Positions 1 to 12,330 of a DNA stretch of 64,000 bases are shown here, one piece after another (position 1 is the stretch's first letter; the number at the start of each line of letters is the position of its first letter). Source of the stretch: Octopus bimaculoides (lineage: Eukaryota); assembly GCF_001194135.2 (NCBI RefSeq), contig NC_068988.1, positions 3,949,641 to 4,013,640 on the forward strand, in the 5' to 3' direction. The notes below the pieces were generated by a model. It saw nothing but the letters and a program-made list of their open reading frames with translations. It ran no database searches and had not been told where the DNA came from. The translations under genes were made by a program, and so were the position numbers.

Positions 1-724
1 GCTTTAGAACACCTTGGGACCTTTATACTTGGTTTTCGTCCTGATTGAAAGAGCCTTGTTACCTATCATCTTGTGGATGACATGACACGAAATTGTTTTA
101 TGTTGCAGATGGGGAATTGGCTTCAGTTTCTGCTGCCAATACGATGGACCTTTTTCCAACTGAGATAATGTATTGATGAAAACTTTCTTGTGACAAGAAG
201 TGAAAACTAGTCATATGGAAAACATTTTATTCTAAACAACTAGCATTCATTGAAAATAATTCCCAACATCATTATTTGTTATTGCTGGTTTTTAAGTAAA
301 GAATCCTAGTTGTGAAATATTCTTTTATATGATTTCATACAAATAACAACAGAAATTTGAGTTAATTCTATCTTCAGTAGTCTGGAAAATATTAGTGAAA
401 GAAGAATTGAAATTTAAAGTAAGTAAAAATGAGTCTATAAATAGATAATTCCTGAGAGACATCAAGGAAAAAGGAGCACAAAGGTCAGCAAATTAAGAGA
501 CAATAATTAATTTTAGCCTAGTTTGGTATTTTATGTGTTATTTATTAAAGAATTGTCCAAGTTGTTCTATTATGAGAAGTGGTGACAATTTTAAAACAAA
601 TTTATTTTATAAATGTTCATAAATATAAGAAGGAAGGACGTTAGACAATGAGGTATAACACACACACACACACATGTGGTGGGGTGCGTAAAGTCATATT
701 TAACATGTGTGAGCACACTTGGAT

Positions 725-915
725 GTGGGAAGACCTACCACTGCAGAAAGAGTCCCAAGAGAAAATCTCCAAGACAACATGTGAAGACACATTGGGCTGC
801 AAATGGTGTTATCAATTGTAAGATGTGTGTGTTCCTGCATTCTTTCACATTGTCAACTATGTACAGCAAATCTGTCATTCACAGCCTGGTAAGAATGAAT
901 TTGTTTGGTACATAT
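725..915 (+). pseudogene. possible decayed piggyBac-like transposase C-terminal Cys-rich domain
   Basis: Stitching frames gives GRPTTAERVPRE..HWAANGVINCKMC..CQLCTANLSFTA..KN.FVWY, resembling the piggyBac C-terminal CxxC..CxxC domain; stops and frameshifts present. Confidence 0.35.
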
Positions 916-1789
916 GATGATGTGTATAAAACTTTGCCAAGCTTAAATGAAATAAAGTCACACGAAGCAGCATTGAATAAAATATTTTTGTGTAAAGTCA
1001 TATTTAACTTTTCATGGATAAATTTTAATCAACATTGCTTCATGAGACTTTATTTATACATACATCATCATCACTGTTGTTGTTTTAACATCCATTTTTC
1101 CTTGCTTGCATGGGTTGGATTCAGATTATTCAAATGACTACTAATGCCAGTCAGAACAGTTAAATGTTGAATCTATTTAAATTCAGGAACATGTTCTTAC
1201 TTTCATTTCAATGAAAATTTTTATTTAATCAACAAACATTGCTGCATGAGAGGGCAGTCCATGTGAAGCTCCAATTTTCCTGAAAGAGGTACTAAATTTT
1301 TGGTGATTTGATTTACATACACACATAAAATTAATTGTTTTTATCATAATATATCAATATTATGTTCCAGTTTCATAACTGTGCAGCATTACAAATTGTA
1401 GAGATTTCCATCTGAACACTGCCACTAAGTAAATGTCTACTATTTATGGAGTTCCATCTGTTCATACCTGTTTATTGTTAATTTATTTAAAGGACAATCA
1501 AAAACTGAATTATATCATTCTCTGTTGTTTGGTCTTTAAGTGCAAATTCCACAATTCTTCAGTGATGTATATATTTTCATTACATCTTGGATTAAGTTGT
1601 GCCACAAGAGTGATGTTGATGCTTTAATCAATGGCAATGGAAGATGCAAGAAAACAATGGACTTTATGCTTAAATCCCAAGTCTAAGTTTTCAGAGTTAT
1701 TCATAATATAGTCAGTCAAAGACAATAACATATTTGAAAATAATTGTTGTCTTTTTTAAAGCAATCTATCTCTGACATGATACCTTAGT

Positions 1790-2125
1790 CATGCATTTTT
1801 TCAAACAAATTCTTTAGAAAACAGTTTTGCTTTGACAAATTGGCTATTTCTTTTGCAATTACATTGCAAGCAGTCTCTGCATTAGTACCACTCTGTTTTT
1901 CTGATTCTCTAACTAAATGCAGACTTGATCAACATTTTCTTTGTAAATCTCACCACTATGATCTTTAAATTTATCTTCCTCATGCTTGTTATAATGTTGT
2001 TGGGCTTTTTAGCAACAGAAATTTATTTACAGGATGGCTTACCTTCCAATTCAACAAAAAAAAAACAAACCTTCCATCTTTTTCTTTTTGCACTGTTCTA
2101 TATTGAACCTCAACTTTCCTTTGAC
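1790..2125 (-). pseudogene. decayed hAT (SPIN/Charlie-like) transposase N-terminal fragment
   Basis: Frameshifted minus-strand pieces RKVEVQYR / VELEGKPSC*ISVAKK / QHYNKHEEDKFKDHSGE / ETACNVIAKEIANLSK resemble the SPIN/GTF2IRD2-type zinc-finger region. Confidence 0.5.
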
Positions 2126-2647
2126 ATAATGGAATGTGGTTGACATAAAAATTTTAGACAAAGTGATTCGTAAAACTAAAATTACCTTCAGTGAAAGCAA
2201 TACACCATTACTGCAAAATGTTGCTTACATTTTTGAGTTGTGCATTTCAACTGCACTTTTGTTAAAACAGTAACTGGGCTTTATCTATTTCTTCTTTGAA
2301 ATTATTCGTTGATTTTCCAGAAATACTAGGTTAGTTGTATTATTACATTTTTTTTTTTTTTTTGTCAGAGGTCCTTTTCAGCAGAATGTACTTTTTAAGC
2401 TGCAGATCATAATTTAGTGTCTTGCAAACAATTCGCACATGCAAGTGCTACCAGTCGAGAACTTTGCATACCAGAAGCCAGCAAGTGTATGGGGTCATCA
2501 GGAGAGAATGCGCGCCGTTTCAGGGCCTACCTCTCGACGGCATCAATTTGCACCGGCCCCCCTCACTGATAATACCAGAATCACTAATATAGGTGATTGC
2601 AGGCCCCAAAAACACATTGAATAGCTGAAGGATTAAAATTTTTACAC

Positions 2648-2903
2648 NNNNNNNNNNNNNNNNNNNNNNNNNNNNNNNNNNNNNNNNNNNNNNNNNNNNN
2701 NNNNNNNNNNNNNNNNNNNNNNNNNNNNNNNNNNNNNNNNNNNNNNNNNNNNNNNNNNNNNNNNNNNNNNNNNNNNNNNNNNNNNNNNNNNNNNNNNNNN
2801 NNNNNNNNNNNNNNNNNNNNNNNNNNNNNNNNNNNNNNNNNNNNNNNNNNNNNNNNNNNNNNNNNNNNNNNNNNNNNNNNNNNNNNNNNNNNNNNNNNNN
2901 NNN
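2648..2903. other. assembly gap (N-run)
   Basis: run of N. Confidence 1.
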
Positions 2904-3436
2904 ATATATGTATATATATGCATAAAAAGATGCATTGAGGTACTGGAAACTGTTATGAAGCCCTGTATTGATGAAGTAAGCAATGGAAAGCCATATGTGT
3001 TTCAACAAGACTCAGCACCTTCTCACAAAGCCCTAGTCACCCAAGAATGGTTGTCAGACAATCTTTACAATTATGTAACACCCAATATGTGGCCTCCAAA
3101 CTAACCAGGTTTGAACCCCATGGACGACTACGTGTGGAGCACTGTTGAAAGGGAGACTAATCATCATCCTCATAATGCCATAGCTTCACTGAAGGCTGCC
3201 ATTGTCCAGGTGATGATTGAAATGAATAAGGACCATATAGTGTCAGCATGTTAGCGGTTTCGGTCCCGCATTAACGCGGTCATCAAAGGCGAAGGCGATT
3301 TCATAGAATAGTTTGATTAAAAGATCATTATGAAGACTAATTTCACAAATGTTTATTAAAATACTAATTTATTTATGCTGAAATATATTTGTTTTATTGT
3401 ATACAAAATCTGTCCTCAAATACTCCTCACACCCTG
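2904..3436 (+). mobile_element. Tc1/mariner superfamily, maT (DD37D) element, 3' part with right TIR
   Basis: 2931-3311 reads ..PYVFQQDSAPSHKALVTQEWLSDNLYNYVTPNMWPPN*PGLNPMDDYVW..RFRSRINAVIKGEGDFIE*; exactly 37 residues between D(QQD) and D(LNPMD); two internal stops; ends ACACCCTG|TA (CAGGGTG-type TIR plus TA target site). Confidence 0.9.
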
Positions 3437-4588
3437 TAGCTTTAATTATTCTGTATTGGTGAACCCTCTTTATATTTTACCCATATATATAATAATTTGA
3501 AACTAACCACTTCCAAATCTCACCATGTTTCTCCAGTTCATGAAATATTTATTAACAGTGTGTTTAAACAGCTGTTTTTTGCTGCTATTATTGAGCCGCC
3601 AACATCTCTATGGCAAACACTAGTGAGACTAGTTGTAAGAAACAGTTGCAAACAGCTTTGTTGTTACTTCTCCACAAATGAGAAATCATTACAGTTTTCA
3701 AGTTGCCTCTCCAATTCCCAATATTGAAAATCTCATGTATTCTATTTCCTACATTCCTACATTCTATAGCAAAATGAATCTGAAAGCAGTATGTCATCAA
3801 CTGCTATACTATATCATGCTGATGAATGATACACTCTGCATTTCAAGCTGGTTAATGCTTATTCCAATGTACAAAGTTATCTTTTGCTGTGACTAATACT
3901 ACAAGCACTTTTCAATGAATGACAGATGTCATAATTGGTACTAATGATATCGAGTGAACATAGCTTTCTCAATGTTATTGATGTTGGCAAACCTGTTAAG
4001 GAGTGTAATCAGAGAGACTGGTCAAATTTATTTCTAAAAGACCTCAATATTACACTGAAGAATGACAAATGTCTTCTCCACCAAATTTCCATTTATTTCC
4101 AGGGGTAGAAAATAGAAGAAAAAAAGAACAACTCAGTTCTCTATAATCTGACCTGGAAATAATTGAAATCCCTTCATTGATTACCTGAAATGTTAAACAA
4201 TGAGCTCTAAGTTTGTTTAGTTACTCCTCTAAAAACACTGAACTCTAATCAGCAAGCTGTGTCTGTTTTAAACTAATTCCTCAAGAAGTACTGGTCACTT
4301 GCCATTGTGGTTAAATACCATCTCTTTGTCCACACACATACTAATCACTTCCATCAATTTTTCCTCTATGTCAATGCATCTTACTGGAAATTCCCTCCAC
4401 GTTCATATTCTTCCAGCAAGTATCAACCTGAAGAGATGTGAAAGAGTTTTGAGCATTTCCTCACATCTTTGATTAAATAATACAAAAACAAGAATATCTG
4501 TAAAGGAAATCAGTCATCAGAAAGGATGATGGTAGAAAGCTACAGTGTAGAACACAGCAACAGGGAGAAAGGAAGGTGATAAAAAATA

Positions 4589-4624
<36 letters not shown>

Positions 4625-5403
4625 CAGATAGGTATACCAACAAGAGAGCATGCAGTACATGTGATGGAGTTTAGATACTAACAGCTTGACTCAGAATTAC
4701 ATTACTTAATATTTCAGGGAGACAAAACCAACTTCTGATCATTGAGATACTTTAGACTGATTGATGAGTTAGCCACAGCTTCTAAATATCATTATTTGTC
4801 ATTGTATATGAGGCGAAACTCTTTGTCATTGGTCAGTTTGGATAACATGGCAGAGTGGGATGTTAATCTTTCCATTAGATCCAAATACAACAGTCCAAGT
4901 AGAATCAACAAATATGTTGTTTATTTAAGTTGTGACGCAACTCATAATTATTCATCAATGATAGATTGACAGAGCAATGGACGATTCCTTGCACTTTATA
5001 TTCTTGTTTATAAACTAAATATAATATTTTAAATGAAAGTACCAATTAAGCATTTTCCATTCTCTGTCAACTAGTTTTACCATCCAATTACAATGGAATA
5101 AGTTAATTGCTCATCACAGTCAACACATTCGCAGTTTTACATTCACAGGACTGACATCACAAGTAGTTTTCTAACTATAAACTACATAATCATTTGTGCT
5201 AACAAAGAAAAATTAATTAACTTACTTTGACAGATGGTGAATCATCATGTCCAAGGGGATTATCAAACCATTAACACATCGTTTTTAGTGATATAAATTC
5301 ATGTTCTTTTTTAAATAGTTATTAGATTTTCTCTTCTGGAAGTTGGTTATAAAGTGACACTCATGGATAACAAATAATGTTCTATGCATTTATACAAACA
5401 CAC

Positions 5404-5426
5404 ACATATATATGTGAGTGTGTATG

Positions 5427-5486
<60 letters not shown>

Positions 5487-6170
5487 NNNNNNNNNNNNNN
5501 NNNNNNNNNNNNNNNNNNNNNNNNNNNNNNNNNNNNNNNNNNNNNNNNNNNNNNNNNNNNNNNNNNNNNNNNNNNNNNNNNNNNNNNNNNNNNNNNNNNN
5601 NNNNNNNNNNNNNNNNNNNNNNNNNNNNNNNNNNNNNNNNNNNNNNNNNNNNNNNNNNNNNNNNNNNNNNNNNNNNNNNNNNNNNNNNNNNNNNNNNNNN
5701 NNNNNNNNNNNNNNNNNNNNNNNNNNNNNNNNNNNNNNNNNNNNNNNNNNNNNNNNNNNNNNNNNNNNNNNNNNNNNNNNNNNNNNNNNNNNNNNNNNNN
5801 NNNNNNNNNNNNNNNNNNNNNNNNNNNNNNNNNNNNNNNNNNNNNNNNNNNNNNNNNNNNNNNNNNNNNNNNNNNNNNNNNNNNNNNNNNNNNNNNNNNN
5901 NNNNNNNNNNNNNNNNNNNNNNNNNNNNNNNNNNNNNNNNNNNNNNNNNNNNNNNNNNNNNNNNNNNNNNNNNNNNNNNNNNNNNNNNNNNNNNNNNNNN
6001 NNNNNNNNNNNNNNNNNNNNNNNNNNNNNNNNNNNNNNNNNNNNNNNNNNNNNNNNNNNNNNNNNNNNNNNNNNNNNNNNNNNNNNNNNNNNNNNNNNNN
6101 NNNNNNNNNNNNNNNNNNNNNNNNNNNNNNNNNNNNCATATATACATATATATATGTATGTATATATGCG

Positions 6171-6222
<52 letters not shown>

Positions 6223-6247
6223 TGTGTATATATATATATATATATAT
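5404..6247. repeat. (AT)n/(GT)n microsatellite complex around an assembly gap (N 5487-6136)
   Basis: direct reading. Confidence 0.95.
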
Positions 6248-6735
6248 GTATTAGCATTTTTCAACACTGATTTACTGCAACATAAGTCTCTTCAGGCAAG
6301 TCCATACAACATGACTGCGTTAGACTTAGTTTTGCTCTGCCTTAAATTGTTTTGTTTTGTGATGCCAACAGCCTCGTGTCTAATGAACATTGTACAGTAA
6401 ATACTTGTTTGCAGAGCATTGATTAATCAACAGGAAATAGATATTGTGATATTGATTTTATAATTATGATCTTAACACCACATTACTAAACTATAAACAA
6501 AACAGAGATAGGAAGAGGTGGAGGGAAGGAGGAAATTACATAACAGGCAATAGGTAAATGCCTTTTGTACTTGACAAATTTGATATATCTCTTCAAATGT
6601 TCTAATGTGAGTCTCTGAAAGAGAATTCTGGGTGTTAAACTGACCAACAGAGACTAAGAGATGGTCTGGCAAAATGAAATATTGGACAAGTCTTTGAATT
6701 ACTGTTCTGGATATTGGGATATTAATAAAATCAGA

Positions 6736-6852
6736 TGTATAAGTGCAGAATATCAGTGTACAATATAAGTGTACAATATAGTATAAGTGTACAATCAGTG
6801 TATAATATAAGTGCAGAATATCAGTGCACCCATATAAGGTCATATAAGTGCA
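6736..6852 (+). repeat. degenerate minisatellite, ~13-nt units ATATAAGTGTACA/ATATCAGTGTACA
   Basis: repeated TATAAGTG/TATCAGTG cores. Confidence 0.7.
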
Positions 6853-8356
6853 CTTGTCATATAACTAGCAGCAATTTTGCTCAAATACTACACATTGCAG
6901 AGTGTGGCTGCTATACTTACTCAGGCTGGTAGTGGCATATTTAGAGCAGTTACAAATATGAAAAGTTTAGGACTGATTATTTGGATGGTTTGGGAAATAA
7001 AGGGACAAGATAGCATTTAAAAGATGTCGGGTAGGGTATTGATGGAGATATGTAACCTTTTGACCAACAAGTTGCACAAACTGTTGCCTCTTTTAAAGAA
7101 GAGAGAGTGGGGGTGGGGTTGAAAGAGATGTCTGAAAGCTTTAGAGGAATTTGTTTTCCCAGTTGCCAAGTAATACATATTAGATTTTACACTTGCACAT
7201 TAAGCACTTTTATGTTTTTGTGGGGAAGACATCTTAACAAACAAACCATGGACAAACTATAAAAAAAAGTACAAAGAAAAAGTCCTCTCAGAATGAAAAC
7301 ACATGAACCAAATAATTAGCAAATGCTTTCATTTCAATGAAATGGCACTTTGGATCTTCAGCTTTTTCATTTTGAAATCACAACTTCTTTTCACTAAAAT
7401 CCCATTGAAATTGAGTCTTAAATTATATGCCCAAAAAGAACAAAAAAAAGATAGAAATACCACGGCAATGCATGTATGATACGACAAATTTAGTTTGGCA
7501 TAAAACCAAACAGAGCTGAATATATAACTAAATATAAAACCAAATAGAAGTTGTTATATCAATGTTTTAAACTATGTGTGTTGAATAAAAACTTCTCAGT
7601 TTTTCTTTTCAGCAGCATTTTTTTGTTATTCTTTATTCCTTTAATGAATATCAATCAATGACAGTATATATGTTAGAACTTCTTTCCTGATTATTTATTA
7701 CATTCAGTTTTCCCTTCTTTTATTTTTTTATAAGTTTTTTCTTATTTATTATTATTGTTTTTAATTTATTTTACAATTTATTGATATCATTATTTCTTTT
7801 TTTTTATTTAATGCCAGTCACAGTTTTATTAAAATCTCTACACATATTAGATAAGGTGGCGTGATGTAGCAAGAATGCATTTAATAGATAGGTGTGTTAT
7901 TGGCATGTTTGGTGCTGACCAGTAATTGGATTTTGGAATCATCAGTGACTGTTCTTGGAGCTGTTTCTTATTGAGGAGAAAAAGAAGGAGGAGAAAAGGG
8001 AAGGGGAGGAGGGGAAGAAGAGAAGGAGGTAAAATAGGAGAGACTATAACAAGGAAAAGCAGAAACGGAAAATTTGACTTGATCAAAGTGATTATTGCAA
8101 AGATCTCTTCCATATATTTTTTGATCTTCATCTTCCAATATCCAATTTCTTTGTGTCAAGTATGTGTGTGAGTGTATGTGTGTGAGAGAGAGTGTGTTTG
8201 TGTGTATGTTCACATATAAGTGTGTGCATGTGCATTTTAGTGCTGATGTTTCCAAAGCTTTACATGTGTTGTGGGTGTGCATTTTGACTTTCAAATAAAT
8301 TGCATTTTTAAGTGTAATTTTAAACATATTCATATTTGCAGACGTGTGTATAATTA

Positions 8357-8690
8357 TCATCATCATTATTTAGCATCTGTTTTCCATGCTGGCATGGGTT
8401 GAACAGCTTGACAGGACTGCACCAGGTTCCACTTTCTGTTTCAGCATGGCTTCTACGACTGTATGTCCTTCCAAACACCAACCACTTTACAGAGTGTGTT
8501 GGGTGCTTTGTACGTGGCACCACCACCACCAGCAAGGCCACCAGTAACTTGCAAGACAAAAGATCCGTGGAGAGGCAGGAGTGCTAGAGGAGGTGGCTTT
8601 CTGCCGGGTGATGAGAGATTGGAGCAGAACAGAGTGACAAAAGCAGGTGCCTTGCTGTAGAGGAGATACGTGGTTACCACAGTTGGAAGG

Positions 8691-8700
<10 letters not shown>
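8357..8700 (-). mobile_element. RTE-tailed non-autonomous retroposon copy (family R)
   Basis: (CAT)n followed by TTTCCATGCTGGCATGGGTTG.., the reverse complement of the tail at 13130-13190 and 21200-21250. Confidence 0.75.
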
Positions 8701-8724
<24 letters not shown>

Positions 8725-8778
8725 TGTGATCAAGGATGCAACAAAGCAAGAGTGGAAGATAACAAGAGTGAGAGAGAT

Positions 8779-9035
8779 GGAGGCACGTTACTTAGTGGTT
8801 AGGGTGTTGGACTCACAAGAGTAAGATTGTGGTTTCGATTCCTGGACTGGGCGATGCATTGTGTTTGCTCCAGTTGGCAAAAATGAGTAATCTTGTGAGA
8901 TCACCAAACACACGGTCGGCTTTGCCCTTCGTCTTTTCAGGGTCAATGAAATAAGTACCAGTTATACACCAGGGTTGATGTAATCAACTAACCCCTTTCC
9001 CCCAAAATTTTCAAGGCCTTGTGCCTAGAGTAGAA
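8779..9035 (+). mobile_element. tRNA-headed SINE sharing the family A 3' body
   Basis: A-box-like TTAGTGGTTAG, B-box-like GTTTCGATTCC, tail ..TAAGTACCAGTT..GATGTAATCAACT..GGCCTTGTGCC. Confidence 0.75.
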
Positions 9036-11789
9036 ATAATTATTATAATCTAAGCAAAAGTCGGGGATTTGTTCAAATCATTGGAGAAAGTTCTTTGTGA
9101 GATTTTTCTGGCTCTTAACACTTTGTGTTCAAATCCTATTGAGGTCAACATTACCTTGCACTTCTCAGGAGTTGATAAAATAAAGAAACAGTCAAGGGTA
9201 TCAACTGGCTTCTGCCCATCAAATCTGCTGGCCTTGTACCGAAATTGCAATATTAATAGACATGACTCAGCAACTCTTCTTTTAAAGAGTTGTTGGAAAC
9301 CTGTCCACCTACAGAACTCTGTAAGACTAGAAAAAAGAAATGAGGCAGCTTATTTAGGCTTTCTATTTATGCGATATAACTGTTTGTATCTAGACTTAAA
9401 GTAATATCCAGGAAAAGATTTTTATATTGATACAGATCATATATTGTCAACTAAATTCTCTAATGTTTGCAGTTATGTTTTTACTGAATCAGCAATTAGA
9501 GAGCTGCAATATTATCAAACCATCATCTCTATACAAGCCTAAGTTTAAATATAAAAGCATTTTTGAAGCAAGCTTAATATACATAAATTTTCACAAACCA
9601 TTACTTTATCGTAATTATCCACAGCCATCATGAAAAGCTCAGCACCTTTGCCCTTAACTAAATGAAATTGCTAGGGAAAAGTAGTGACTTTTGAGCATTC
9701 ATTGCAACTTTTATACTGGTATCATTAACATCAGATAATGAACTACTAAATGATTCAGCCTATAAATCAAAGGCTTTATGGGCAGAGGGATAAAATTCCA
9801 CTATTTCAAATTAAGTGAATTTGCAATTATGCTTAACCTCTATGTTATTAAACGACATAATTATCAGCCTGTTCTTATTTCAGAAAAGTAAATCATTAAC
9901 TTGTACAAATTTTCAATTAATAAACCTTGAAAATAATTTACTACATATCCTTAATTCCCTCTTTGCAGGATTAATTAGTCCACACATGGAATTAGTTAAA
10001 ACGTTATCCTTGTTGTCTTTCCTAGTTATTTAGGACTGACACTTTGATGTTCAACTCCATCTTACATTGGGATGAAGGTGTGTTTAAGTTTGTATCAATA
10101 CTGTTGTAACGTCTATAATTTTTTTTATGGTTCTCTTACATTATTTGAAAGAAGTAAATTCTAAAGAATAATGTTAGTTTTAAATAATGTTTTATTTTGT
10201 GTAACAGGTAGAGAAATAGACGACAGAAAGACAAACAGGTGGACATATGCTTGAATATGATGACAGACAGAAATATAGGTAGTTGGAAAAACATACACAC
10301 AGATCTGTATATGTTTGTATATGTATAGTTATGTGTGCGTGTGGTGTGTATTCACTGAAAGATACACAAAAATTATCTAAGTTATATAATATTACCTTAT
10401 AATTATGTTCCTGTCACAAATACATCAATTTGTTTATGAGCAGATGCCTTTACTGCTGCCAACATTCACTTGTTTCCATGCGAGGCACTGTTTCTGTTGT
10501 TCTTCCAAACAATGAACAGCTTAACAGTTGGACATGTTTACATAAGAGATGTTGACAAAAATATTGTTGATGAAGTGGCATTGTTTATGTAGTGTCCAGG
10601 CAGTCTGGCATTACCAAAACAATGGGAGAAGAAGATGTCAATGCTGGTTGATATATAGGCATCTCTGTATGTATCGTTGACCATCATGCATACATATGCA
10701 TTCATTGGTGAATCATACTGTCTGCAATCATGTGTAAAGTGCTGCACATGTAGTGATGCATAGGTGGGCATGTTTGGGAGAAATGAATGCTATGTTTATT
10801 GGCAAAGAAATTTATATATATACAGCGTGATCTTACAATATTTGAATAAATTAGAAACTAAAAACTATAATGCATATTTGTGCAACCACATACACACTCG
10901 TACATATACACACATTCATAGAAGCACAAACATAGAAACATACATATACAGAAAAATCTTTTCTTAATATTCTCATAAAAAGCAGGAAATTTAAGCCATT
11001 AATACGAGACGCAAAACATTTAGCCTAATGGTAATACCCAACTTTAGTGCAATAAATATTTAAATGGCATGATACATTCCAACAATCATTCTTTTACTTC
11101 TTCTTCTATTTTTTATTTATAAATTTCAGATAAATTTGTTTATACAAATATACATGCAGTTTTCATTTCTTAATTTCAATGGAAACAAAAATGATGATAA
11201 TGGTAAGGATGGTGGTGATGATGATGACCTGAGTCAAATAATCACAAAGAATTCTCTATATGATGTGTGTGTGTTTGTGTATATGTGCATACACACACAC
11301 ACATATAAACACATTCATATACACACACACAAGTATATACATGTACACGTGTATTTTTATGTTTCAATTTTGAGTAATTCTAATATAATACGAATTGTCC
11401 TTCACATATATTTGTGTGTGTGTGCATGTAATTTGTGATGTGTATGTATATAGGCCATCACTTCAGACATAAATTTAAAATTGCTTTCAGGGTAAGAAGG
11501 AATTCTTTGAAAAGAAAATAATACTGATTGTGTGATGGTAATGCAGTTCCAAGTCAAAAAAAAAAAAAAAATACAAGAAATACAATTGAATTCATACACT
11601 TAATGCTGTTGTAGTTGGAAACAGTACCTCAGCAGCCTAAATAAAAATTAATGAAACACTAATATTTATCTGTCTGGACACACATAAGGTAAAACAGAAT
11701 CCAAAGAGTATAAATGATGCTAGCCATGCGGATGTGCATTATTTGGGAAAAAAACAACAAAAAGAGTAAAGTGAAATTGTCACGGTGAG

Positions 11790-12330
11790 TGGAGTATCCA
11801 GTGTTTTGGACAGGATCCTTCTTCAGGGCTAAGATGACAGGGGAGAAATAAAAGGAAAGACTACAGTGTTCTATATTTTTTTATGTTTGTGCAACAGGCT
11901 GCAACTGATGGGGAACACAGGGCAATGTCAAGTTGCATACACCAGGAGGAATGGCTGGAGAAAGAAAGTGGGTGAAAGAAGGAAAAGGTAAGAGAAATAG
12001 AGAGAGTAACAGAAGTAGGTGAGGGTGAGGTGGAGGGAAAATTTGAGGTGCGTTGGGAGGAGCTAAAAGATAAGAACAGGATTACAAAACTAAGATGGTG
12101 GGAGAAGGAGTAGAAGGAAAATTAATTCATTTAAACTTATTGGTGCCATGGTTCCAAGTTTTAATATGAATAGTTGTTCCTTCCATTTCCTTGAGTGTGT
12201 GGATCCAAGATGTGTTTGAGATGTCACACACTGATAAACAATAATAGAATGGCCCATAGCAATGAAGTGGGTGCTGACAAGTCAGGCTGGCATACATATT
12301 AATGCACTTTGAATGTGCTCATGAAAGCAA
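11790..12330 (-). mobile_element. Penelope-like element 3' relic (GIY-YIG C-terminus, CT-rich 3' region, decayed hammerhead)
   Basis: 12329-12123 reads CFHEHIQSAL..LVSTHFIAMGHSI..RKWKEQLFILKLGTMAPISLNEL, typical of the PLE endonuclease end (RFxEH..HF..GHS..KEQ.LIF.LGT.AP.GLN); followed by CTGAAGA-A-GGA/TCC-AAAAC at 11826-11803. Confidence 0.75.

Noticed and set aside
63-159. Minus-strand exon-like segment LEKGPSYWQQKLKPIPHL..
   Set aside because: Splice-like ends but no recognisable product and no partner exon
4385-4427. 43-nt minus-strand microexon candidate (CAG|..|GTAAGA)
   Set aside because: Good splice sites occur by chance in AT-rich DNA; no supporting context
3500-4440. Possible further hAT fragments on the minus strand (AECIIHQ)
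   Set aside because: Only one short motif, and its position is not collinear with the 1790-2125 relic
2520-6400. Long ORFs in the track spanning N-runs and (AT)n/(GT)n (also near 24.0, 38.7, 48.5 and 51.9 kb)
   Set aside because: Open only because N and dinucleotide repeats contain no stop codons
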